Source: an uncultured Acidimicrobiia bacterium
Lineage (GTDB): Bacteria > Actinomycetota > Acidimicrobiia > Spongiisociales > UBA11373
DNA: 64,000 bases
NCBI GenBank assembly: GCA_964614095.1
Contig: CAZTJO010000005.1
Span: 19,731-83,730, forward strand
Direction of reading: 5' to 3'
Of the stretch, positions 10,024 through 17,974 are shown one piece after another. Each line of letters opens with the position of its first letter. Position 1 is the first letter of the stretch. A model generated the notes under the pieces. It was given only the letters and a program-made list of their open reading frames with translations, was not told the origin of the DNA and did no database searches. A program made the translations under genes and the position numbers.

Positions 10024-10997
10024 ATCACATGCATGGGATTGTCCGACTCTTTCGAAGGCGCGCCGGCAGCGGAACGCTCGTGCGTATCCGTATCTTCCAG
10101 CGCAGCCCTCATCTGGCGCCGATGGCCTTAGCCATTGCACTCTTCCTCGCCGTCGGGTACGTCGACGCCAGAGTGATCGGTCCCGAGGTGTCGGTTTCCC
10201 TTCTCTACGTCCTCGCCGTCCTCGCCGTCACTTGGGTTGGTAGCTGGTATCACGGAGTCATCCTCGCTGTGCTCGCGGCCCTCGAGAGCATCTTCGGCCA
10301 CGCCTTGCTGCACCCCTACCCGGCGACCATCACCTTGCCCGCCGTCTGGAACTCCATCACCCGCCTTCTGGTACTGACCATGGTTGCCCTGCTGCTTGGG
10401 TCGTTACGGCAGTCGCTTCACCAGCAGCGCCGCCTCGCCGCCGTGGATCCTCTCACTAGGGCCCTGAATCGCCGTGCCTTCCAGATCGCCGCCGATCGGG
10501 AAAGACTCCGCGCCGCCCGCAGCGGAAGACCGCTTAGCATCGCCTACCTCGATCTCGACGACTTCAAGGGCTTCAACGATCGCCACGGTCACCGCACCGG
10601 GGACCACATCCTCCAATCGTTCGCCCAAGCAGTCAGAACGTCGATCCGAGCCACCGACTTGTTCGGCCGCATCGGAGGCGACGAGTTTGTCGTTTTCTTC
10701 CCCGATACCGAAGCCACCGCGGCGGCCAGCGTGGTCAGCCGTATCCGCCAGGCGGTGGCCAACAGCTGCTGTGAGATCGTTGAGCGCATCACGCTCTCCG
10801 CCGGCATAGCCACATACCACTACCCACCGACCACGGTCGATGCCATGGTGGAGACCGCCGATCAGCTCATGTACCGGGCCAAGAACTCCGGTCGCGATCG
10901 GGTGGCCGGAGCTGTGGTGGCCGGGCCCTGGGTGCGCTGGGCCGGCGACTCCACCAAGCCCGACCCACGAACGATGGAGGCGATGCCGTCGGCCTGA
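10020..10997 (+). CDS. Membrane diguanylate cyclase (GGDEF)
   Basis: Four TM helices, then DPLT..LNRR, DLDDFK.FND..GH..GD and RATD...RIGGDEF (intact A-site and RxxD I-site). Start could be 10020, 10029 or 10032. Confidence 0.92.
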   Translation: MNHMHGIVRLFRRRAGSGTLVRIRIFQRSPHLAPMALAIALFLAVGYVDARVIGPEVSVSLLYVLAVLAVTWVGSWYHGVILAVLAALESIFGHALLHPYPATITLPAVWNSITRLLVLTMVALLLGSLRQSLHQQRRLAAVDPLTRALNRRAFQIAADRERLRAARSGRPLSIAYLDLDDFKGFNDRHGHRTGDHILQSFAQAVRTSIRATDLFGRIGGDEFVVFFPDTEATAAASVVSRIRQAVANSCCEIVERITLSAGIATYHYPPTTVDAMVETADQLMYRAKNSGRDRVAGAVVAGPWVRWAGDSTKPDPRTMEAMPSA

Positions 10998-11140
10998 CGG
11001 CGCCGACCGCCGGTCGGATCGCGAAAAGCTCATCGCCACAGCCCTCTTGAGCCGGTGTGTCTCACCTGGTAGCTAGACGGTGATCCACCATCGAGGCGTG
11101 AGGCAATACCCTGGATCCGCTGGACCACCCCGATCTGGCC

Positions 11141-11410
11141 GTGCTCGGCCGGCGCCTGCGCCGGCAGATGGACGAGACGCTCGAAGCTGAACTTGATGCG
11201 GCCCGGGCGGCAGCTCGCCGCCGCCGCACTCTGCGCCACGTGCTCATCTGCCTTGAGGATCGTGCCGATGCCGTTGTCGTCCACACGCCGGACGGCCGAA
11301 GAGTGGCCGGCACCATCACGGCCGTGGGGATCGACCACATCGAGCTCCGGGCCGGTAAGGGGCGCAGCTATTTCTCCTTTGACCACATCGTTGCAGTCGA
11401 CATCCAATGA
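11141..11410 (+). CDS. Small hypothetical protein with possible Sm/LSm-like C-terminal fold
   Basis: Helical N-terminus followed by the beta-rich VVVHTPDGRRVAGTITAVGIDHIEL...SYFSFDHIVAV. The start could be CTG 11111. Confidence 0.6.
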   Translation: MLGRRLRRQMDETLEAELDAARAAARRRRTLRHVLICLEDRADAVVVHTPDGRRVAGTITAVGIDHIELRAGKGRSYFSFDHIVAVDIQ

Positions 11411-11426
11411 ATCTCACCAAAACCCT

Positions 11427-12521
11427 GTGATACCGCGCCTGGCCACCGTGCTCTCGGCCCGAGAGTGGGAGAGCACCCTGGTCGCTCTCGCCAGGGAGAC
11501 GGCAGAGGTCCGCGTAGTCCTCCGCGCTCACCGGCCCGAGGAAATGGAAGCCGAGGCGGGCCGCATCGACGTAGCCGTCGCCGGCGCGGAGACACCTTGG
11601 CTCACCCCGGCCCGCATCTCCTGCTGGAGACGCCTTGGCATGCGGGTCATCGGCATTCATCCAATGGGCGACCGTCCCGCACGCTCCCGGCTCCTGGCCG
11701 CCAAAGCAGATGAGGTGTTCGACGACACCACCCCCGCAGTATTGGTGCTCCGGGCCGCCCGCCTCATCGGAGCCGTCCAGGTTCGAGCCCCGGCACTCTC
11801 GACGACAATCGTGGTGAGCGGGCCCAGAGGAGCGCCGGGACGCACCGAAACCGCCCTCGCCATCGCCTGGGCGGCCGCAGGACGTCATTCCTCGCTGCTG
11901 CTCGATCTGGACCTTGAGGCGCCATCACTCGCCATCCGCACCCGACGGAGGCCCCGGCCCGACGTAACCGATGCCTACGACGCCGTTCAGCACGACGGCC
12001 GCCTGCCCGCCCGGGTCACGCAAAGATTCGGCCCACTGGCGCTCGTCGTCGGATCACACCGTCGGACCGATGATCCGCTCGCTCCGTACGCCGCCGCCGA
12101 CCTCCTCGAGGCGGCTCGTGCGTGCTCTGCCACGGTCGTCGCCGATGCCGGACCCCCCTCGCACGCCACCAGCGTTGCGCCAAGCGGCGATCACATCGTT
12201 CTTGTCGCCGGTGGCAGCCCCGACGGACTCGTCCGCGCCGCCCACCTCATCGACGACTGGCCCTGGCCTGCTCCTCTGCTCGTCCTCAATCGGGTTCCGC
12301 CGGGCCACGAAGCCGATGTTGTAGGTGCGGCACGCCACTGCCTGGGGTTGGAGCCCGCCGCCGTCGTGAGCGATCTGCCCGAGATCGCCGCCGCGGCCCG
12401 CCGAACCGGTGTTCCGCATCAGTCGCTCGTCGATGCGGCAGACCAAGTGCTGGATCTGCTGAATCTCTCGGCAGATCCTCCTCACCATACGTCCGAGTCG
12501 ATGCACCCACGGCGGCAGTAG
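11427..12521 (+). CDS. CpaE/MinD-like P-loop protein with degenerate receiver-like N-terminus
   Basis: Deviant Walker A (SGPRGAPGRT), LLLDLD, VVADAG, LVLNRV. Start trimmed to GTG 11427 (VIPRLATVLSAREWE). Confidence 0.65.
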   Translation: MIPRLATVLSAREWESTLVALARETAEVRVVLRAHRPEEMEAEAGRIDVAVAGAETPWLTPARISCWRRLGMRVIGIHPMGDRPARSRLLAAKADEVFDDTTPAVLVLRAARLIGAVQVRAPALSTTIVVSGPRGAPGRTETALAIAWAAAGRHSSLLLDLDLEAPSLAIRTRRRPRPDVTDAYDAVQHDGRLPARVTQRFGPLALVVGSHRRTDDPLAPYAAADLLEAARACSATVVADAGPPSHATSVAPSGDHIVLVAGGSPDGLVRAAHLIDDWPWPAPLLVLNRVPPGHEADVVGAARHCLGLEPAAVVSDLPEIAAAARRTGVPHQSLVDAADQVLDLLNLSADPPHHTSESMHPRRQ

Positions 12522-12581
12522 GCGGTCACGTCCAATTCGGCATACACGCGAATGCCCGCCCGCCGCCAGCGGACCCCGCTG

Positions 12582-13760
12582 CTAGGTCGCACCCGACGGC
12601 CGCCGGACGTCATCGACGGGCGGCGCCAGCCAGCGAAACACCACCGGCCCAAAGGTCGATGACACCGCCGCCAGCACGATGATGCTTGCCTCCGTCGGAC
12701 GATCAATGAGTCCCAGCCGCAGCCCGACCTCGGCGACGGCGATGATCAGGCTGAGCCGCGCCGACAGCAGCGCCCCTGCAGCCGCAACCTCACGCCAGGT
12801 GTGCCGCCGCACCAGGAACACCAGCGCAGGGCCCATCTTGACGAGGATGGCGAGACCAATCAGAGCCAGCATGCTCGTCACCGCGCCCGGCTCCTGGAGA
12901 GCTTCAACATCGAAGTGGATTCCGACGTTGATGAAAAAGATGGGGATGAGGAATCCGTAGGAGAAACCGCTGAGCTGCTGGCCCAGGACCCCGCGATTGC
13001 GGAACACCATGGCAAAGCCGGTGCCGGCAAGGAAGGCTCCCAGAATCGACTCAATCCCGAATGCGATCGATGCACCCACAAAAACGAGCATCAACGTAAG
13101 AGAGCCTCTCGTCCCCAGCTCCTCTGGATTGTCAGATTCGAAAAGCCGCTCAAACCACTCCGGTCTCCACCACACCAGACGGCGCAGAATGATGAGCGAT
13201 ACCGTGACCACGGCAAAAAACGCCGGCATGGCAAGGACGTTGATGCCGACCCCGTGCTCCTCAATGAGGACAAACACGGTGACACCGACCAGAGTGAGCA
13301 GGTCCGCCAGGAGTGCCGACACCAGAATCGCCTGCCCCAGCCGCGTGCCGGCGTGACGCGTGGTGCGCAGGGTCGGCACCACCAGTCCCACCGATGTTGT
13401 AGCCAGCACGAACATCATGAACAGGCTGTAGCCGAGGCTCACCGCCACCAGATAAGACAAGCCCATGGTGAGAGCGAACACCGAGAGGCCGACAAGAAGC
13501 GACCGCAGCCCGCGCCGGCCAAAGATGCGAACGTCTATCTCGAACCCGGCGAGGAACATAAGCAGGAGGAATCCGAGGTCGGCCAGAACCTCTAGGTACT
13601 CCGCCGGCTGCACCACATTTGCCACCGGTCCGATGACTATGCCGAAGGCGATCTCGAGCACCACGGCGGGTACACGGATCTTCTCCGCAAGCAGCGGTAG
13701 CACAAAAGCCGCAGAGATGATTACCAGGAGAGTGACGGCGGCTTGATCGGTGCTCTCCAC
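12582..13760 (-). CDS. Cation:proton antiporter (CPA2 family)
   Basis: About 12 TM helices; P.VV.EI..GI.IGP, LMFLAGFE.D, TTSVG.VVP.L, D in TM helix, LGAFLAG, PIFFI.VG. Confidence 0.9.
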   Translation of the reverse strand: MESTDQAAVTLLVIISAAFVLPLLAEKIRVPAVVLEIAFGIVIGPVANVVQPAEYLEVLADLGFLLLMFLAGFEIDVRIFGRRGLRSLLVGLSVFALTMGLSYLVAVSLGYSLFMMFVLATTSVGLVVPTLRTTRHAGTRLGQAILVSALLADLLTLVGVTVFVLIEEHGVGINVLAMPAFFAVVTVSLIILRRLVWWRPEWFERLFESDNPEELGTRGSLTLMLVFVGASIAFGIESILGAFLAGTGFAMVFRNRGVLGQQLSGFSYGFLIPIFFINVGIHFDVEALQEPGAVTSMLALIGLAILVKMGPALVFLVRRHTWREVAAAGALLSARLSLIIAVAEVGLRLGLIDRPTEASIIVLAAVSSTFGPVVFRWLAPPVDDVRRPSGAT

Positions 13761-13767
13761 AGGACTC

Positions 13768-15210
13768 CTAGCGTCGGTGGGGAACCAGGATCACCGACGT
13801 CTTCAGACGCCGGACGAGGTGACCCACAATGCCGGGAGCCAGCACGGTCGTCCGCCGCCGCGGACAGCCAAGCACGACGATCGTTCCCGGCCGAGCCCAC
13901 TCCTCGATGACCCGAACCTCGTTGCCCTGCTCGATGACCCGGCGCACATCGACATCATGCACCGCGGCATCCTCCTGCAGCCGCGCCGCGGCGCGCGTTG
14001 CCTCCGCCCGTGCATCCTCACCGGCGATGAACAGCGGCGGAATAACGCCGATGCCGACAAGCGGCGACGACTCGTAGGCACCAACGTCGATGGCGACTTC
14101 GGCCGCCGCCCATCCTGCAGGGCTGTCGCGCGCCGGCACCACCACACGCCGATAAGGATGGCTGCCACGCGATACCAGCACCGGAATCTGCTGCTTCGCC
14201 GCAGCCCGCAGCAATCGCGCCACCTTCCATCGCCAGGCCGGGCGTCCTCCCACCGGCGGCGGAACCACAATGACGCCGGCTTCGTCACGCACGAGCCCGG
14301 ACAGCAGGGCCCGACATGGCGACCCGGCCACAGTCATCAAGCGCAACGGAAGCTCGCCGACCATGTCTCTCACCCGCTCCACCAACACTTCGATCCACCG
14401 ACGCTCCGCAGCATCGCTGATCTCACCCAGGTCTCGGTGCACCGCCAGCAGCCCATGAGCCGCGCTGTTTGCCGCCACATGGATCGCCTCATCGACAGGT
14501 CCGCTGAGGTCTTCTTCCGTCCCGAAACCCACGGCCACCCAACTGCCATATTCCGTCGGGAAACGCTCGACACCCGACATGAACGTGGCCACTACCTCGC
14601 CTCGTCCGGCACCATCTCCAACCACGGTGACGACATCGTCTGCGGCGAGCACGGAGTCGCCGTGCGGAATGATGAGCTGCCCCTTGCGCAAGATCGCCAC
14701 CGCCAGCCAGCCCTGCATATCAATCTGACGCAGCGGCATGCCGCACACCGGCGACCGAGAAACCACCCGCAGATCCATACCCTCGGCACGGCCCCCTGCG
14801 AAGCCGGCGGAGAACAGACGGCGGGGCTCCAGCACGGAAACGATGCGCCGCGCCGCCAGTTGATCGGGCGATACTGCGGGCACATCCAAAGCCTGGTACT
14901 CCTCGAGCTTCTCGGGCCGGGCTGCTCTGGCCACACAAGAAACGCCCCTGGCCAGAGCGATCCGGCACACCGCCAGGTTCACCTCATCGTCATCGGCGGC
15001 GGCGACAACGGCGGTGGCTCCAGCGAGTCCGGCACCGTCCAGCACCTTTTCGTCGGAACCGGATCCGAGAACGGACTCGACGGGTCGTACCTGCGCCGTC
15101 TCCTCAAGGGAGACCGGATCGGAGTCGACGACGGTCGCCTCCCAGCGCTCGCCGAGGCGCCCGAGAAGCTCCCGGGAAGCAATGCCGGCACCGACCACGA
15201 TGACTCGCAT
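13768..15210 (-). CDS. RCK_N/RCK_C (TrkA/KhtT-like) protein fused to two USP-like domains
   Basis: VIVVGAG, G.GSDE..L..AGL, DE.NL..C, IPHGD..L...D.V.V; then USP signatures VVVPARDS and VVLGC...LVRRLKTSVILVP. GGAGGAG RBS. Confidence 0.8.
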   Translation of the reverse strand: MRVIVVGAGIASRELLGRLGERWEATVVDSDPVSLEETAQVRPVESVLGSGSDEKVLDGAGLAGATAVVAAADDDEVNLAVCRIALARGVSCVARAARPEKLEEYQALDVPAVSPDQLAARRIVSVLEPRRLFSAGFAGGRAEGMDLRVVSRSPVCGMPLRQIDMQGWLAVAILRKGQLIIPHGDSVLAADDVVTVVGDGAGRGEVVATFMSGVERFPTEYGSWVAVGFGTEEDLSGPVDEAIHVAANSAAHGLLAVHRDLGEISDAAERRWIEVLVERVRDMVGELPLRLMTVAGSPCRALLSGLVRDEAGVIVVPPPVGGRPAWRWKVARLLRAAAKQQIPVLVSRGSHPYRRVVVPARDSPAGWAAAEVAIDVGAYESSPLVGIGVIPPLFIAGEDARAEATRAAARLQEDAAVHDVDVRRVIEQGNEVRVIEEWARPGTIVVLGCPRRRTTVLAPGIVGHLVRRLKTSVILVPHRR

Positions 15211-15577
15211 ACAGCTCCTCCAGCACGGCCATTATGGCGTTCGTCGCCGTCCCCGTCGCCTTCGCCATTCCGGTGTCGGCGCGTCTGAGCCACTGCGCCG
15301 CCTGCCGTGTGTTGCACTAGCAGAACCTTCTCGCCGCTGCATCAGGCCCGGCTCGTCCCGCCACCGCGGCCAAGCGGCGTTCTCCCCCAACCATGGGAAA
15401 CCCAAGCGCCTTTGTTGGGCTGCACTCCACGCCGAGACCTCGCCGCCGGGGCCGCTTGGTGCCGAACCCACTGCTCGCCCGCCAACGGAGCCCACGGCGT
15501 GCAGACAACACGGACCCGCCTCGGCCACGCCGATCACAACAGGAACTTGCGCTGCGCCGGCCGCCGACCTCCGGTTC

Positions 15578-16192
15578 TCACGGCGCCGGCCGCCTCATCC
15601 CCACCACAAATACCCAGCCGGCCACCAGAGTGGCCCCCAAGTTGTATGGCAAAATAAGGGACCGAAGCCGCCGGCCGTCGACAACCCATCCCCCCGATAC
15701 GGTGAACCCCGCCACATCGAGGTAACGCCAGACGGCCCATACGCACATCGCTCCGAGCAATGCCGCGGCGACGCCGACACCTCTAGGCCCCCACCAGCGG
15801 CGCCAGCCAAGTATCAAAGCGGCCGCCGCCCCGGCTATGTCGAGAGATGAAAGCAGCTGCAGGTACTGGAGCGAGGCGTCGTAGCGCAGCGCAACCGACG
15901 TGGCCAACGCCACCAAGCCCGTGGAGCCGGCCACCGCCACCACCAGAACGGCCCCGCCGGCCATCGATCTCGCCCCACCACCCAGCTCAGTTCCGGAGAA
16001 CCAGGGCTCGTCGGAAAGAGGCGCCAGGTGGAACGAAAGTGCAATGGCAAAAGCAGCAAGCAGACTCAAATCGATGGTGAAGGTGAGCAGAGGAGCCTCA
16101 GGTGCAGGTGCCAGAAGCAGAGGCACCGCGGCGGAGCAACCCGCAGTCGCCCAGAGCGCCGAACGCGCCAAGGTCTTCTCTGCCGAATTCAC
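15578..16192 (-). CDS. Hypothetical integral membrane protein
   Basis: 204 aa ORF with 5-6 hydrophobic segments, co-oriented with neighbours and filling an otherwise empty gap. Confidence 0.7.
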   Translation of the reverse strand: MNSAEKTLARSALWATAGCSAAVPLLLAPAPEAPLLTFTIDLSLLAAFAIALSFHLAPLSDEPWFSGTELGGGARSMAGGAVLVVAVAGSTGLVALATSVALRYDASLQYLQLLSSLDIAGAAAALILGWRRWWGPRGVGVAAALLGAMCVWAVWRYLDVAGFTVSGGWVVDGRRLRSLILPYNLGATLVAGWVFVVGMRRPAP

Positions 16193-16207
16193 GATTGGAG
16201 CGTAACG

Positions 16208-17080
16208 TCAGCCGGAACCGGCGCCACGGGCTGACGCCACACGCGCCTCGGCGATCTCGAGGTAGGCCGGCTCTACGTCGTAGCCGACATAGCGCCGGCC
16301 ACTCTCCACAGCAGCCACCGCGGTCGATCCGGAGCCGACAAATGGATCGAGCACAAGATCGCCCGCAAACGTGTACAGCTCGATGAGACGGCGGGGGAGC
16401 TCCACCGGGAACGGGGCGGGATGACCGATCCGTCGCGCCGACGCCGGGGGAATGCTCCATACCGACACCGTCGATTCGAGGAACCCCTCACGCGAAATGG
16501 TGTCCTCGCCCATGCGGGCTCTTCGGAAGGATCCCTTGCTGGCCACCACCACGTATTCGTGCACGTCGCGCAACGTGGGGTTTTTGGCCGATCGCCAAGA
16601 TCCCCAGGCGCATGAACCGCCGGCACCCCGGGCCTTCTGCCACACGATCTCCCCGCGCAGGAAGAACCCCTCGTCCTCCAGCAGCGCTGCAACCCGGTGG
16701 TTGAGCGCCAAGTACGGCCGCCTCCCCAGGTTTGCCACATTCACTGCGATGCGGCCCCCTGGCTCGAGAACCCGATGGGTCTCGGCGAACACACGGCGCA
16801 GGAGGTCCAAATACTCGCCGAGAGTCAAATCGGCGTCGTACTCCTTGCCCACGTTGTAGGGCGGCGAGGTGACCATCAGCGCCACACAATCGTCGGGGAT
16901 CTCCTCCATGGTCTCCGACGACTTGCAGAAGAACCTATCGATCACGCTGTCGGGTGGCGTGGCCGGCGCTCCTGCCTCGGTGATGCTCGACACCGCCGAC
17001 ACCATGCGACGCCGATAGAACGCCGACGAATCGTGGTTCTCTCGTTTCCCGGCACCAAAAGACGCCGTCTCTGTGGCCAC
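16208..17080 (-). CDS. Site-specific DNA methyltransferase (beta class, likely N4-cytosine)
   Basis: Catalytic VTSPPY precedes the SAM-binding VLDPFVGSGST; HPAPFP motif. Start set at GTG 17080 (ATETASFG). Confidence 0.9.
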   Translation of the reverse strand: MATETASFGAGKRENHDSSAFYRRRMVSAVSSITEAGAPATPPDSVIDRFFCKSSETMEEIPDDCVALMVTSPPYNVGKEYDADLTLGEYLDLLRRVFAETHRVLEPGGRIAVNVANLGRRPYLALNHRVAALLEDEGFFLRGEIVWQKARGAGGSCAWGSWRSAKNPTLRDVHEYVVVASKGSFRRARMGEDTISREGFLESTVSVWSIPPASARRIGHPAPFPVELPRRLIELYTFAGDLVLDPFVGSGSTAVAAVESGRRYVGYDVEPAYLEIAEARVASARGAGSG

Positions 17081-17147
17081 TATGGGTGTACCTCCGGCCG
17101 ACCACCGTAGCCGACTTATCCACAGGACACGCGGATATTCGCGCCAC

Positions 17148-17711
17148 TCAGCCGGCCCCCTTGCTCCCCTCGCCGGCCTCAGCGGCAATCCGGCGGAACC
17201 GTCCGCAAACGAGCTGCAATCCCACCTTGGCCCAGGAGCCCACCTCGCGGAGCCAAGCCAGCACCCAGCGCCGCCGGGTGCCCTCCCCTCGCCCCCGCAC
17301 CGGGTCGGCGGATGCCGTCACCCCGACCCGCCGAAACAGAAAGACGGCCCTCGGCACGTGGAATCGATCGCTGACCACACAAACCGACGCCCAGGCGTGG
17401 CGCTGGGCCAGAGCCCTCACGGCCACCGCCTGCTCCAGCGTGTTGTGCGAACGGTCTTCCTCGATGATCTGGTGCCGTGGAATTCCCGATTCCACGGCCA
17501 GGGCAGCCATGACCGATGCTTCACATAGCCCGGAGCGCCCCACGCCACCCGCCAAGACAAGCCATCGGCTGCCGCGCTGCCGGAACACACAGATGCCATG
17601 CTCCATTCGCCTCCGCACCGCAGGGCTAGGAGTTCCAGAGGCAAAAATCTCGGCTCCGAGCACCACAATGGCGTCGCAGAACTCCACGGAGCTATCACCC
17701 GGCGGGGCCAT
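17148..17711 (-). CDS. YdcF/DUF218 family protein
   Basis: DAIVVLG, L..GGVG, EA..M, E..S.NT.E.A, VVSD.FH.PRA. Confidence 0.88.
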   Translation of the reverse strand: MAPPGDSSVEFCDAIVVLGAEIFASGTPSPAVRRRMEHGICVFRQRGSRWLVLAGGVGRSGLCEASVMAALAVESGIPRHQIIEEDRSHNTLEQAVAVRALAQRHAWASVCVVSDRFHVPRAVFLFRRVGVTASADPVRGRGEGTRRRWVLAWLREVGSWAKVGLQLVCGRFRRIAAEAGEGSKGAG

Positions 17712-17772
17712 GGTTCGTTGAGCATACGCGTCTCACCGCCATGGCGAGATCAGCCGTATCGAATCGATCTGA

Positions 17773-17946
17773 TCAGCCGGCGACTGCCCCCTCGGGCACG
17801 TCCTGCCCGGCTATGGGTGTATCCACCCGGGCATCCTGGACGATGGCAATGATCTCTTCCCAGTCCCGAGTCAGCGCGCATTTGCCGCAGTAGAACTCGT
17901 TACCACGGGAAACCACCGCTGCAGCGCCACAACGGACACACACCAT
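17773..17946 (-). CDS. 57-aa zinc-ribbon-like protein (absent from ORF track)
   Basis: AGGAG RBS then ATG; MVCVRCGAAAVVSRGNEFYCGKCALTRDWEEIIAIVQ... with CxxC-x13-CxxC; fills the gap between two co-oriented genes. Confidence 0.7.
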   Translation of the reverse strand: MVCVRCGAAAVVSRGNEFYCGKCALTRDWEEIIAIVQDARVDTPIAGQDVPEGAVAG

Positions 17947-17974
17947 CGGATCGCTCCTGTTGTCGACAAAGGGT

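Noticed and set aside
15578-17711. Restriction-modification or defence island around the methyltransferase
   Set aside because: The neighbours (YdcF, membrane protein, Fe-S oxidoreductase) show no nuclease motifs, and the composition matches the rest of the window.
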